Source: Obrimoposthia wandeli (Eukaryota). Taken from it: a stretch of DNA of 64,000 nucleotides. The position numbers were made by a program, and so were the translations under genes. The notes under the pieces are model-generated. The model was not told the origin of the DNA, did not search any database, and saw nothing but the letters and a program-made list of their open reading frames with translations. Below are positions 39,896 to 52,131 of the stretch, in pieces. The stretch covers positions 310,001-374,000 of the forward strand of contig CDROCS010002469.1 of assembly GCA_977020255.1 (NCBI GenBank), given 5' to 3'. How positions within the stretch are numbered: the first letter of the stretch is position 1; the number at the start of each line of letters is the position of its first letter.

Positions 39896-41466
39896 ATCCC
39901 CTCCCTTTGATCCACCAAACGATTAACCGAAAACTTATGTTGTATTGCTTCTGCTACTACTTGTGCATCTAAGAAAGGATATTTAACTTGCATAATTTCT
40001 TGATAATCTTCATGCCCTTTTCCTGCAATCAACACTACATCTTGTGAAGAGGCCGTTAAGATGGCATCAAATATCGCTTGTTTTCGATCACTATTAACTT
40101 GAAACTTTCCATCTGCTGAAAAACCTGAACATACCATTTGAATGATAGTATCCGGGTTTTCCGTGCGCGGGTTATCACTCGTAACTATTGAATAATCCGC
40201 AAACTTCTCAGCTATTTCTGCCATTTCAGCTCTTTTTCCCGTATCTCTATCGCCACCACAACCAAATACAACTTTTAACTTTCCATGGCAATGAACACGA
40301 CACGCTTGTAAAGCTTTTTCTAGTGCATCTGGAGTATGAGCATAGTCCACCACACACAATGGCAGATGAAAACCAGACTCTGATAACAACGTAGCACTAA
40401 CCTTTTGCATACGCCCTGGTACTGGTGTCAACTGGTTTAAACTGCTTTGTATTTGTTGATCACTAAAGCCTAATCTGAGCAGCACACTACTACACAATAA
40501 TAAATTCGCTATATTAAATTTACCTATAATTTGACTATCGATTTTAAGAAGTCTTCCCGGTAGGTTTAAATCAAACTTTAGGCCTTTCTCTAGATTTACA
40601 TCTACTACCGATACAGTTGCGTTTATTTCTGCATTTACACTGTAAGTAACAATGCTTTGCTCCATACTACTCGGCAAGCTTGCTAGTAGTTCGCGATTAT
40701 AGGCATCGTTAGTATTCAAAATACGGTGATCAGCTTTAAATTGGCTAAATAGTCGACCTTTTGCTGCTGCGTAGGCCTGCATACTGCCATGATAATCTAG
40801 ATGGTCTCGACTCAAATTGGTAAAGGCAACTGCATTAAAATCAGTACCTGAGACGCGCCCTTGCTCTAATGCATGAGAGCTAACTTCCATAACAACGGCT
40901 TCAGCTCCCTGATGATAAAACTCGGCAAATAACTGCTGTAATGCACAGGCATCAGGGGTTGTTCTACTTGCAACTTGTAAATTATTTGGGTGCCCGTTAC
41001 CTAAAGTACCAATAATAAAAGTTTTTAATGCTAAAGAATTTAGTGATTGTGCTAAATAATGAGCACAAGAGGTTTTTCCATTCGTTCCTGTTATTCCGAT
41101 AATCGTTAGCTGTTGAGCTACATTGTTAAATACTTTCGCAGCGATAGCTCCAATCTGCTCATTTAACTTATCAATAGCAATGACAGGGATTGGGTAATTT
41201 ACTAAATCCACCTCACTGACTGTGCTCGCTGTTTTTTCTATTAAGGCAGCAATAGCTCCATTACTTGCCGCTGCTTTTATATATTGGGTTCCTTTAAAAA
41301 ACTCACCGTCTCTGGCGACAAACAAATCACCTTTAACGATATTACGGCTGTCCTCTTTTATGCCAGTCACTTCAATATCTAACAATTTTTCAGCATTGTT
41401 TAAATGTATATATTGCGCTACTATTTTTGCTAAAAGCGGTATTGGTAACTCTTGCTTATTATTCAC
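39892..41466 (-). CDS. murE: UDP-MurNAc-dipeptide--meso-DAP ligase
   Basis: GTNGKTS, MEVSSH, NLSRDHLDYH, DYAHTPD and the DAP-specific DNPR motif. Confidence 0.96.
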   Translation of the reverse strand: MNNKQELPIPLLAKIVAQYIHLNNAEKLLDIEVTGIKEDSRNIVKGDLFVARDGEFFKGTQYIKAAASNGAIAALIEKTASTVSEVDLVNYPIPVIAIDKLNEQIGAIAAKVFNNVAQQLTIIGITGTNGKTSCAHYLAQSLNSLALKTFIIGTLGNGHPNNLQVASRTTPDACALQQLFAEFYHQGAEAVVMEVSSHALEQGRVSGTDFNAVAFTNLSRDHLDYHGSMQAYAAAKGRLFSQFKADHRILNTNDAYNRELLASLPSSMEQSIVTYSVNAEINATVSVVDVNLEKGLKFDLNLPGRLLKIDSQIIGKFNIANLLLCSSVLLRLGFSDQQIQSSLNQLTPVPGRMQKVSATLLSESGFHLPLCVVDYAHTPDALEKALQACRVHCHGKLKVVFGCGGDRDTGKRAEMAEIAEKFADYSIVTSDNPRTENPDTIIQMVCSGFSADGKFQVNSDRKQAIFDAILTASSQDVVLIAGKGHEDYQEIMQVKYPFLDAQVVAEAIQHKFSVNRLVDQREGI

Positions 41467-43186
41467 TTTTCACCGCCGATTGCTGTTTTTCTGACTCTTT
41501 TTTTGGCCATTGATCAGGAGAGATATTCAACATGCGCAATGCTCCCGTAGTGACTCTAGAAAAAATAGGGGCAGCGACTCCGCCGCCAGAATACTGTTGT
41601 CCTTTCGGGTTATTTACCATAACAACGACAGCTATTCTGGGATTACTTGCCGGCGTGATACCTGCAAATACTGAAATATACTTATCTAAATCATAGCCAC
41701 CGCGACTTGCTTTGCGTGCAGTACCTGTTTTTCCAGCAACACGATACCCAAAAACAGCAGCCTTACGTCCAGTACCACCTTTATCAATTTGCGTAGTGGT
41801 TTCCATCATAGTGACAACATCGTTGGCTACGTCTTTTGGAATAATACGTGTACCTCTGGGAGCTTCATCAATTTTTAACAAACTAACAGGGACTTTCACC
41901 CCATTGTTTGCTAATACTGCATAAGCTTGCACAAGCTGAATAGGGGTAACAGATAATCCATAACCGTAGGACATTACAGCTCTTTCAATCACTTGTCGCT
42001 CAGAGTAATAAGGTAATTCGCCACTTCGCTCCCCTGGAAAACCTGTGCTTGATAACCCCCCTATACCCACATTGGAAAACAAGTTATGCATAGTATCAGG
42101 CTCTAGCGATAACGCTAACTTTGTTACCCCCACGTTACTTGATTTAGTAATAATTCGAGTTAGTGTTAGGTCCCCGTAATCTCTAAAATCTTTAATCTTT
42201 TTACCTTTAATAAATATATAACCAGGCTTAGTAGCCACTATAGAATCTCTGTTATATTTACCGCTCATTATCGCTGCTGCAATAGTGAACGGCTTTACAG
42301 TAGAGCCCGGTTCAAATACATCCGTTAATGCTCTATTACGTAACTGCTCTCCTGTCAAAACGCTGCGATCATTAGGATTGTATGAAGGCTGGTTTACCAT
42401 CGCTAGCACTTCACCCGTTTTAACATCCAAAATAACTACAGATGCTGAATCAGCTTTGTGGGATTTCACCGCCGATTTAAGCTCTTTATACGCTAAGTAT
42501 TGCAGTCTAAGATCTATGCTAAGGGCGATATCGCTACCTGTTTCTGGTTCTTCAATGAGCTTAATGTTTTTTATCACTCGCCCTAGTCTATCTTGCATGA
42601 CAAGCTTCTTTCCTTCGCTGCCAAGTAAAGAACTTTCGTAAGCAAGCTCGATACCCTCTTGCCCAGCGCCATCAATACCTGTAAACCCTACTAAATGCGT
42701 TGCAACTTCCCCCGCTGGATAATAGCGCTTGTACTCGCGGTCAATGTTGATACCTTTTATACCTAATGCAACTACCTTTGCTGCTAAATCAGGTGATATT
42801 TGCCGCTTGATATATAAAAACTCTCGTTTGACGTTTTTTTTCAATCTGCGAGTTAACAATTGCGGCTTTTTATCCAGTAATTTAGCCAGTTGTTTAAGCT
42901 TTGCATCATTCACATTTATAACTTGTGGATTAGCCCAAACAGCTGCTACTGGAGCACTCACTGCTAAAGTCTCTCCGTTTCTATCAGTGATAACACCTCT
43001 ATGAGCAGGCATTTTCATCGTGCGGATCGAACGCTTATCACCTTGTGTTTGCAGAAAATCTCTATCATAAGTGTAAAGGGAAACCAACTTTGTCACTATC
43101 GCAACAGCTATTAAAGAAAGAAGCCCACAAACTAACCATAATCGCCAAGCTCGAGAATGCTGAAGGCCTATCACTTTATCGCTCAT
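41459..43186 (-). CDS. ftsI: Septal transpeptidase PBP3
   Basis: RGVITDRNG, SxxK (STVK), SxN (SSN), KTGT. Confidence 0.96.
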   Translation of the reverse strand: MSDKVIGLQHSRAWRLWLVCGLLSLIAVAIVTKLVSLYTYDRDFLQTQGDKRSIRTMKMPAHRGVITDRNGETLAVSAPVAAVWANPQVINVNDAKLKQLAKLLDKKPQLLTRRLKKNVKREFLYIKRQISPDLAAKVVALGIKGINIDREYKRYYPAGEVATHLVGFTGIDGAGQEGIELAYESSLLGSEGKKLVMQDRLGRVIKNIKLIEEPETGSDIALSIDLRLQYLAYKELKSAVKSHKADSASVVILDVKTGEVLAMVNQPSYNPNDRSVLTGEQLRNRALTDVFEPGSTVKPFTIAAAIMSGKYNRDSIVATKPGYIFIKGKKIKDFRDYGDLTLTRIITKSSNVGVTKLALSLEPDTMHNLFSNVGIGGLSSTGFPGERSGELPYYSERQVIERAVMSYGYGLSVTPIQLVQAYAVLANNGVKVPVSLLKIDEAPRGTRIIPKDVANDVVTMMETTTQIDKGGTGRKAAVFGYRVAGKTGTARKASRGGYDLDKYISVFAGITPASNPRIAVVVMVNNPKGQQYSGGGVAAPIFSRVTTGALRMLNISPDQWPKKESEKQQSAVKSE

Positions 43187-43526
43187 AGCTCACCATTTCT
43201 ACATTCTTCGATTTTGGCACATGCATGGCTAATCTTCGTTTTGCTATTTTTTCTACACGACTGTTAGCGCCCAATGCACTTTGCTCTAACAGTAGTTGGC
43301 CCCATTCCACTTGCAATTCATCGCGATGCGCGACAATTTGCTGCTGTGTGTTAAACAACTGTCTGAACTGATAAGCCTGATAAACAATTGAGATGCCACT
43401 GATGACTATACAGAGAATTAATATTGCAACGATTATCATTGGACGACCAATTTCATTCGATGTCAGCAACACCTCATCAGTATTTTCAGACAGAGCGTCT
43501 TGGAGAACCAGCTCTGTTTTACTCAT
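43176..43526 (-). CDS. ftsL: Cell division protein FtsL
   Basis: Short cytoplasmic N-terminus, one TM, coiled coil with EWGQLLLEQS; located between rsmH and ftsI. Confidence 0.92.
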   Translation of the reverse strand: MSKTELVLQDALSENTDEVLLTSNEIGRPMIIVAILILCIVISGISIVYQAYQFRQLFNTQQQIVAHRDELQVEWGQLLLEQSALGANSRVEKIAKRRLAMHVPKSKNVEMVSYER

Positions 43527-44464
43527 GCTATTTTTTCTGTCACTCTCATAACCGCACTGCGAGATCGAGGATTTTCATCTATTTCTGTCTTACTTGCTTT
43601 CACTTTTTTACTGATATCTTTTAATCGACAACGCAGCATATCATTTGTGTAAGGAATACCTTGTGGCAAGTGATCATCACCTTTTACATGCCTTCTTATA
43701 AAGCGCTTCACTATTCTATCTTCTAGGGAGTGGAAGCTAATAATGACCAGACGCCCACCGATCTCTAATGACTCAAGCGCTCCATCCAAACACTTTTCTA
43801 AATCACTCAATTCTTGGTTCACTTGGATTCTAATTGCTTGGAAGGCGCGCGTAGCCGGATGTTTGCCTTTTTCCCACGAAGGGTTCGCATCTTTTACAAT
43901 TTGTGCCAAATGCGCGGTTGTTTCAATTGCGTTTTTTTCACGCTCGGCCACAATTGCTTTAGCCATTCGGCGCCCAAACTTATCTTCCCCATAGGTATAA
44001 ATAACATCAGCAATTTCTTTTTCACTCGCCCTTGCTATCCACTGCGCTGCACTTTCTCCTGAGGTTGTATCCATACGCATATCTAATGGGCCATCATTTT
44101 GAAAGCTGAAACCTCTGCTTGCATCATCCAGTTGAGGAGAACTCACTCCTAAATCTAAAAGTATCCCTTTGATTTTTCCATGCTGACCTGTTTGATTAGA
44201 AAACTCTTCTATTTGAGCGAAGGAGCCATGACAAATAGAAAATCTAGCATCGTGTGAAAAATGCTCTTGTGCGAAACTAATTGCTTCTAAATCTTTGTCG
44301 ATGGCCATTAATTTACCATCGTCACCCAGTGCATTTAATATCTTATTACTGTGTCCGCCACGGCCAAATGTTCCATCCACGTAGAATGCAGAGTCATCAG
44401 TTACCAAAGCATCAACCGCTTCTTGCAACAATACTGTTATATGCTCAAAATGCTCATTATTCAC
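43523..44464 (-). CDS. rsmH: 16S rRNA m4C1402 methyltransferase
   Basis: HITVLL, DGTFGRGGHS, DLGVSSPQLD, LDMRMD, FHSLEDR, NPRSRSA. Confidence 0.97.
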   Translation of the reverse strand: MNNEHFEHITVLLQEAVDALVTDDSAFYVDGTFGRGGHSNKILNALGDDGKLMAIDKDLEAISFAQEHFSHDARFSICHGSFAQIEEFSNQTGQHGKIKGILLDLGVSSPQLDDASRGFSFQNDGPLDMRMDTTSGESAAQWIARASEKEIADVIYTYGEDKFGRRMAKAIVAEREKNAIETTAHLAQIVKDANPSWEKGKHPATRAFQAIRIQVNQELSDLEKCLDGALESLEIGGRLVIISFHSLEDRIVKRFIRRHVKGDDHLPQGIPYTNDMLRCRLKDISKKVKASKTEIDENPRSRSAVMRVTEKIA

Positions 44465-44532
44465 TTAATACCACCTTCACTGAGGCCTTGCTCAGTATTT
44501 AATTAATACTTCTTAAATTTAAATCTTGATTC

Positions 44533-44991
44533 TTATAAAGAAAGAGATTGTAAATCTACCGGCAGCTCAGATTCACTGTCTGATAATTGTAAATACTCTT
44601 CTCGTGTCTGATTCCAAAGTTCGTCATTCCAAATCTCAAATTTTTTCCCTTGCCCTAATAAAATAACCTTCTTATCAAGTTGTGCATATTGCCTTAATGG
44701 AGCACTTATCAATAACCGCCCGTTAGCGTCCATTTCAACATCTGTGGCATGACCTAATAACAAACGCTGAATTCTGCGTGCATCTTTATCGAAACTGGGC
44801 AATGCTTCTATTTTCTGCTGAATCTCTTCCCATTCGTGTAAAGGGTATAGTAAAAGACAACGTGATTCAGTATCAATCGTTACTACCATCTGCCCCTCAC
44901 AATGCACACTCAACTTCTCTCTATACCGAGACGGAATGGCCATTCGACCCTTAGCATCCAAATTAATTGGATTAATGCCACGAAACATCAT
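44533..44991 (-). CDS. mraZ: Transcriptional regulator MraZ
   Basis: FRG...LDAKGRMAIP and MDANGRLLI repeats. Start refined to ATG 44991/44988. Confidence 0.96.
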   Translation of the reverse strand: MMFRGINPINLDAKGRMAIPSRYREKLSVHCEGQMVVTIDTESRCLLLYPLHEWEEIQQKIEALPSFDKDARRIQRLLLGHATDVEMDANGRLLISAPLRQYAQLDKKVILLGQGKKFEIWNDELWNQTREEYLQLSDSESELPVDLQSLSL

Positions 44992-45029
44992 GTCAATGTG
45001 ATTTACTGCTACAAAAAACCATACAAAGC

Positions 45030-45055
45030 CCCACTTTTTCCCACTTCTACCCACT
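45030..45055 (-). promoter_or_regulatory. MraZ binding site: three GTGGG direct repeats at 10-nt period
   Basis: Minus strand reads AGTGGGTAGA AGTGGGAAAA AGTGGG, matching the known TGGGN repeat operator of MraZ. Confidence 0.85.
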
Positions 45056-45062
45056 ATATTAC

Positions 45063-45091
45063 ACTATAGAAAAATCATGCGTTTTTTGCAA
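45063..45091 (-). promoter_or_regulatory. Sigma70 promoter of the dcw operon (Pmra)
   Basis: TTGCAA - 17 nt - TATAGT on the minus strand, immediately upstream of the MraZ boxes. Confidence 0.7.
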
Positions 45092-45768
45092 GCATTTGCA
45101 TCATTTCAATGGCACAGCCAATTTAACCTTACTATAGCTAAAATCGCTGGATATTTAATACATCAGCACTGTTAAACCCACAGCAGAAGCAAGCATGCTC
45201 ACTTTGCAGTTAAGAAAACATAAATTGATACAAGAGTAATTCCGAAAATTTCACAATCAGAAGAAGATCGAACAAAGAAGGTAATCAAGGATATTTTGGC
45301 GTATCCATATTTTAACAAATCGAGAAAAATTTATAATACTTTATTCTCTATTTTTGAATAAATCATTCACACTTTCGGGCTAGAGAATATGCTCGTATGG
45401 TTTACGACCTCCCGCTTTTAAACCATAAAAAACTTTATAATTTAAATTAACCGACTACAGCCTCTAAAATTGGCGAAGCCAGTTGTGACCAACAGTATGT
45501 GCAAAAAAAAGATCGAGTAGCATTAATAGCTTCAACCCAGCAAGACAGATAAGGAATTATATTAACGCTAACTGAAACACAGACAAAGAAGATACTTGAA
45601 GTAATGAGGCTAAAGTTTCAATGTAGAAGTTATAGTAACGGAAGCATTAAACATAAGCGCACTTTACCACTTCGCCTATTTTTTCGGCATTACATTATTG
45701 ATTAATAATCACACTCAAGTATCAATAAACTATTTCATTCAATTGGTTATGACCTACTACAGCAAAGG

Positions 45769-46767
45769 CTAATCAGGAATCTCAGAACAATCACCTAGAC
45801 CCCATATAGACACATTATTTTTGCCGCTTTTCTTAACCTCATACATTGCTCGATCGGCAGTCTGACATACTTGTGAAAAGCTAGCATCACTTACATTAAA
45901 CACACAAACACCTATGCTTAACCCAATCTCGATACTCTGGCCTTCAAACAGTAGCGGTGTTTGAAAAGGCTCTAGCAGACGATCACTGAGCGACTGTAAC
46001 TCATGACGATCACTTTGTTCATGCAAAATAACAAACTCATCTCCACCAAAACGACAGATAAGCGAATCAACAGGCGTTAATGATTTCAAAGTTTCAGCAA
46101 TATAGCATAAAATCGTATCACCAAACTTATGCCCATAATGATCGTTCACATATTTAAAATTATCTAAATCCAAAAAAAGCAGTGCAGCTTCTTTAATTTT
46201 TTGAGACCTAGCCATCTTGGAGAATTTTTCCAACAAAGCGGCTCTATTTAACAACCCTGTCAATGGATCGGTATTAATCAAACCAGCCAACCGCTCTTGG
46301 TATAATTTTTCATTGGTGATATCTGTATGCGCCCCCATCATACGCAAAGGTTCTCCATGGGCATCAAACTCTATCACTTTACCTCTATCAGCAATCCAAC
46401 TAATACTGCCATCTTTTCGCATCATTCTATGCACTACTTGAAAAGCATCACTCTTACCTTGTAAATGCTCTTCTAATGATTCTACTACATACTCTTGATC
46501 ATCTGGGTGTAAATTCTTCTTCCAACCGCTAAGCGAAGCCTCTTGTTCGTGAGGCTGATACCCAAGTAATGCACCCCAAGGAGCATTAAATACTTTAAGT
46601 TTCTGCTGTGGAACACTGAGTTCCCATATTTTCATATCCGAACCGTCTAGAGCCGCGGTTAACCGTTCTTCAGCGAGACGAAGTGATTTTTTCAAGTTTT
46701 TATTTTCTTCTTGAAGCATCTCAATTAGCTGCTGCAATGCTTGAAATTCTTGTCTATCAAGACTCAT
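45769..46767 (-). CDS. Coiled-coil + PAS diguanylate cyclase
   Basis: N-terminal coiled coil, PAS_3/PAC (WKKNLHPDD, GAHTDIT), DPLTGLLNR, intact GGDEF, no RxxD I-site. Confidence 0.9.
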   Translation of the reverse strand: MSLDRQEFQALQQLIEMLQEENKNLKKSLRLAEERLTAALDGSDMKIWELSVPQQKLKVFNAPWGALLGYQPHEQEASLSGWKKNLHPDDQEYVVESLEEHLQGKSDAFQVVHRMMRKDGSISWIADRGKVIEFDAHGEPLRMMGAHTDITNEKLYQERLAGLINTDPLTGLLNRAALLEKFSKMARSQKIKEAALLFLDLDNFKYVNDHYGHKFGDTILCYIAETLKSLTPVDSLICRFGGDEFVILHEQSDRHELQSLSDRLLEPFQTPLLFEGQSIEIGLSIGVCVFNVSDASFSQVCQTADRAMYEVKKSGKNNVSIWGLGDCSEIPD

Positions 46768-46777
46768 GAGGCATATT

Positions 46778-48121
46778 CTACTCTCTAATATTTACTGAAT
46801 TTTCATCATTATGAGTTATTCGGTATTCAGCGGAGCGGGCATGTGCAGTCAAACCTTCACCACGAGCGAGCACTGAAGCAATCGGCCCTACTTGAGAAGC
46901 ACTTTCAGGGGTAAAACAAATCACAGAAGAGCGTTTCTGAAAGTCGTAAACACCTAAAGGAGATGAAAACCTTGCGGTCCCAGAAGTAGGCAATACATGA
47001 TTAGGACCTGCACAATAATCACCCAAAGCCTCAGCTGTATACCTGCCCATAAAAATGGCACCAGCATGTCGTATTGAGCTTAGCAACGCTTGAGGATCTT
47101 CAACAGAAAGCTCTAGATGCTCAGGAGCTACCTTATTGGACACCTCAATTGCTTGTGCTAAATCGGAAACCAAAATGAAAGCTGCGCGATTATTGATAGA
47201 CTGCTGGATAATATCGCATCTTTCCATTGAAGCTAACAAACGCTGCATTGAACGCTCTACTTTATCCATATACTGCGCATCAGAGCACACTAAAATAGCT
47301 TGCGCTTGTTCATCGTGCTCCGCCTGAGAAAACAAATCCATTGCCAACCAATCTGGGTCAGTTGCGCCATCTCCTATCACTAAAATCTCTGACGGCCCTG
47401 CGATCATATCAATGCCAACCAAACCAAAAACTGCTTTTTTTGCAGTAGCGACAAAGATATTACCGGGCCCGGTGATTTTATCAACTTTCGGAATCGTTTC
47501 AGTGCCATAAGCAAGAGCGCCTATTGCTTGAGCTCCCCCAATAGTGAACACTTTATCAACGCCTGCAATGGCTGCGGCTGCCAGAACTAAATCATTAACC
47601 TCACCGTTAGGTGTTGGCACCACCATAATAATTTCTTCCACACCCGCAACTTTTGCAGGTATCGCATTCATTAATACCGAAGAGGGGTAAGATGCCTTCC
47701 CCCCAGGCACATAAATACCCACTTTATCTAGCGCAGTTACTTTTTGCCCTAGCACAGTGCCATCGCTATCAGTGTACTGCCAAGAACTGTCCGCTTGTCG
47801 CTCATGAAAGCGCCTAACGCGCTGGGCAGCTTTATTTAGCGCATCGCGCTCAACATCAGAGATTCTATTCAATGCACTTTGTAACTGAGCTTGATCAAGC
47901 TGTAATTGCGTCATATCTTGTGCGTTAGTGTGATCAAATGTATTACTATATTCTATTACCGCGGCATCACCACGCTTGCGAACATCTGTCAAAATTTCAT
48001 TGACAACAGCATTCACTTGATCATTTGAAACAGATTCCCAAGCCAACAACGCTTGCAGCTGCTCATCAAAGTTTTCATCGTTTGCATTAAGCTTTTTTAT
48101 ATCTAGGGCTTGATCACTCAT
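46778..48121 (-). CDS. hisD: Histidinol dehydrogenase
   Basis: [43 protein letters not shown]. Confidence 0.97.
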   Translation of the reverse strand: MSDQALDIKKLNANDENFDEQLQALLAWESVSNDQVNAVVNEILTDVRKRGDAAVIEYSNTFDHTNAQDMTQLQLDQAQLQSALNRISDVERDALNKAAQRVRRFHERQADSSWQYTDSDGTVLGQKVTALDKVGIYVPGGKASYPSSVLMNAIPAKVAGVEEIIMVVPTPNGEVNDLVLAAAAIAGVDKVFTIGGAQAIGALAYGTETIPKVDKITGPGNIFVATAKKAVFGLVGIDMIAGPSEILVIGDGATDPDWLAMDLFSQAEHDEQAQAILVCSDAQYMDKVERSMQRLLASMERCDIIQQSINNRAAFILVSDLAQAIEVSNKVAPEHLELSVEDPQALLSSIRHAGAIFMGRYTAEALGDYCAGPNHVLPTSGTARFSSPLGVYDFQKRSSVICFTPESASQVGPIASVLARGEGLTAHARSAEYRITHNDENSVNIRE

Positions 48122-48783
48122 AGAGCACCATTTTGTGCTTCTAAACGACGCTTAATAAGAGCTTCACTTAGCATATCGATAATAGGTTGAATTTGGCGGT
48201 ATTTTAGCTTCATTGGCGTCTGACCTACCACTAATCTTGAACTCACGTTTGCGATAAAATCCATAGGCTCAAGCCCATTGGCAATAAGCGTATTTCCTGT
48301 ATCAACAATATCCACTATGCGATCAGCTAAACCCATGATAGGCGCCAATTCCATAGCGCCATATAGTTTAATAACATCAATTTGCTGACCTTGACTAGCA
48401 AAATAGTTTTTTGCAACATTTACAAATTTAGTTGCCACACGCATTCGGCCCTGCACATCAGGTGCGCCCCTCATACCCGCAACCATTAATTTGCATTTAG
48501 CTATTTCTAAATCAAGAGGCTCGTACAAGCCTTTTCCGCCATGCTCCATCAATACATCTTTGCCGGCAATACCCATATCTGCCCCACCATATTCCACATA
48601 AGTAGGAACATCAGTCGCGCGAATAATGACCAACTTGATATTGGCATGATTGGTATCAAAAATAAGCTTACGTGACTTGAAAATATCTTCACTTGGAATA
48701 ATATTTGCTGCTTCCAACAAGGGTAAGGTTTCTTTCAATATGCGCCCTTTTGATAGCGCTATTGTCAACTGCTCTTTTTTCAT
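48118..48783 (-). CDS. hisG: ATP phosphoribosyltransferase, short form (HisZ-dependent)
   Basis: [49 protein letters not shown]. About 221 aa with no C-terminal regulatory domain. Start refined to ATG 48783. Confidence 0.95.
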   Translation of the reverse strand: MKKEQLTIALSKGRILKETLPLLEAANIIPSEDIFKSRKLIFDTNHANIKLVIIRATDVPTYVEYGGADMGIAGKDVLMEHGGKGLYEPLDLEIAKCKLMVAGMRGAPDVQGRMRVATKFVNVAKNYFASQGQQIDVIKLYGAMELAPIMGLADRIVDIVDTGNTLIANGLEPMDFIANVSSRLVVGQTPMKLKYRQIQPIIDMLSEALIKRRLEAQNGAL

Positions 48784-48890
48784 GATATTCCTAATAATGC
48801 CAGTTAATTGGCTGCATAAAGCGTTTACCAAAAACGATTAACTAAATATGAAACCTAAATAACTTCTGAAAACTATTTTACGAACAAAGA

Positions 48891-50174
<1,284 letters not shown>

Positions 50175-50417
50175 TTAGTCTTGAAGTTTTTGCCACTGAG
50201 CGGGTGTATATGCTTTAATCGTCAAAGCGTGAATTGTACCATCAGCGATTTGCTGATTAACACATTCGTAAATTCGCTGTTGGCGCTTAACTGGCAATAA
50301 CCCATTAAACACTTCGCTGATGACTGTTACTTCGAAATTACATCCCTCACCTGCAGTAATCACTGTTGCTTCGGGGATTTTAGATTCTATAATATGTTGC
50401 ACATCTTGAGCTTGCAT
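50175..50417 (-). CDS. ibaG: BolA-family protein IbaG/YrbA
   Basis: 80 aa with VKRQQRIY and IHALTIKAYTP, upstream of murA. Confidence 0.9.
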   Translation of the reverse strand: MQAQDVQHIIESKIPEATVITAGEGCNFEVTVISEVFNGLLPVKRQQRIYECVNQQIADGTIHALTIKAYTPAQWQKLQD

Positions 50418-50956
50418 GTAAAAACTCCACGTAAATTTATATTTGATGACAGCGTCTCATTAGTAGTGATTATTACAGGGGAAAATTAAATATTAACCGC
50501 CACTAATCAATCTACTTCTCTATACATTAATGGTTTTTTAATCACTTGTAATATAGAGCCGAGCACAGCTTAAAAAAGTAAGCTGATAATAACGAAAATC
50601 GCTAAAAAAGGCGATCAAACCAAAGAAATTAATCCATTTATATCGCTTTGCATATCATTTGGCGCTCAGCATTTATACTATTAGAAAGGAAACTACATAA
50701 TGGTTGCTAACTTCATACAAAACACTAAGTCAACATTTTACAAAAATTGGGCTAATTGTTTTTTGAGCCATCAAACACTCACCACTAGCGGCTTAGCGAT
50801 CGAATTCTAGCTTATGTTTAATGAGTAATGACAGAAGGCATCTTTTTTTGGAGGGAGATAGGAATTAAAAGTTAATTTGAAAAATAACAAATACGGAGGA
50901 AGGTATAACTTACTGACATTATCTTAATTTAACAAGCGCAGGCTGTTTTTGCTACC

Positions 50957-51013
50957 TTAGCTTCTATATTTTAGCTTCTATATTTTAGCTTCTATATTTT
51001 GCTTCTAAATATT
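50957..51013 (+). repeat. 14-bp tandem repeat (TTAGCTTCTATATT)3 plus one degenerate unit
   Basis: Read directly from the sequence, intergenic between mlaB and ibaG. Confidence 0.9.
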
Positions 51014-51070
51014 TAATCTAAACTGTTAGAACGAGCCATGAAAGATACATTACAAGAACCAGGAAAAGCA

Positions 51071-51364
51071 TTAAAACAAAGCAGCAACACCAACCGAATT
51101 AGCAATATCAAGCATTTCATTAGGAGCATTTATGAAACTAACTTTAACATTATCATCCGCCATTCTTTTAATGCTCAAGCACAGAGCTAAAGAAGCGCTA
51201 TCAATACGTTTAACAGCGGTTAAATCCACACAAAAATCTTCACTAAACGATATTGATAATAGCTTAATTTGATCCTGCACACCTTGTACATTTAGAAACG
51301 TTAGATCCCCTTTTAGTATCAATTTATGATCGTGGAACTCAATCTGAGCATCTATAACTTTCAA
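51071..51364 (-). CDS. mlaB: STAS-domain subunit of the Mla system
   Basis: 97 aa, VDLTAVKRIDSASLAL STAS motif, last gene of the mla operon. Confidence 0.88.
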   Translation of the reverse strand: MKVIDAQIEFHDHKLILKGDLTFLNVQGVQDQIKLLSISFSEDFCVDLTAVKRIDSASLALCLSIKRMADDNVKVSFINAPNEMLDIANSVGVAALF

Positions 51365-51510
51365 TACAACCTACCTTAAGCAAAATAATTATTCAGCTAT
51401 AAGCTTTTATATGGCGAACAAAGCTGCATAGCGTGGATAACAGTAAACAACAATCATCTATTTAGTAAAAGAGCCTTAAAAAATGCCTACATTTAAGGCT
51501 TCGTATTACA

Positions 51511-52131
51511 TTACTGCTTATTTTTAGACATCGAATCAGACCACTTTTGAATAGTGAGATCCATTTTGCCACGGTTTTTCTGAGCAATACTGCCAAACTG
51601 ATTTTTAAAGGTCACTCTAAGATTAAAACCGTCTAAAACGATATTCACTAACTTCCACTTATCTTCTTTATACACTAAATAATTAATCAAATTATAAGTA
51701 TTACCCGTTGTAGAAGTTACTTTAACTACCACTTTTTGCTTATTGGGCTTAGGACTTATTTTACGAGACTTCAACAACTCATATCCTTTGATATCAAAAC
51801 TGACTAACGCCTTTCCATAAGTTTTAAGCAGCGTTCTTTTAAACACTACTTGAAAATCTAACTTCTGCTGCTCTGTCGCTTTGCGATAATATTTACCCAT
51901 CACAATTTTTGCAATATAAGGATAATCAACACTATCCTGCGTAATCTCATCTAAATCTTTATAAAAAGGCTCTAAGTCAGCGTTCAACTTTCCTTTATAA
52001 GGAGCCACTTTAATCAGCATTTTGTCTATTGATTGCACTACTTCTTGCGAGGCATTTTGCCAATCAACAGCAGCATTTAAGTTAAAACTCATCAGCAGTA
52101 ATAAACTACTTACTATTAATTTGATACTCAT
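51511..52131 (-). CDS. mlaC: Periplasmic phospholipid-binding protein
   Basis: Signal peptide, VMGKYYR, LLKTYGKAL, WKLVNIVLDG. Start probably ATG 52131 (ORF track starts at 52161). Confidence 0.9.
   Translation of the reverse strand: MSIKLIVSSLLLLMSFNLNAAVDWQNASQEVVQSIDKMLIKVAPYKGKLNADLEPFYKDLDEITQDSVDYPYIAKIVMGKYYRKATEQQKLDFQVVFKRTLLKTYGKALVSFDIKGYELLKSRKISPKPNKQKVVVKVTSTTGNTYNLINYLVYKEDKWKLVNIVLDGFNLRVTFKNQFGSIAQKNRGKMDLTIQKWSDSMSKNKQ

Noticed and set aside
45092-45768. RNase P RNA gene (rnpB) upstream of mraZ
   Set aside because: The universally conserved GAGGAAAGTCC and GGCTTA elements were not found, and the region is too AT-rich.
48118-48783. HisG truncation/pseudogene
   Set aside because: The short HisZ-dependent form is a well-known intact class. 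The stop overlaps the hisD start normally.
50957-51013. CRISPR array
   Set aside because: The units are 14 bp, head-to-tail with no spacers, and there are no cas genes, so this is a simple VNTR.
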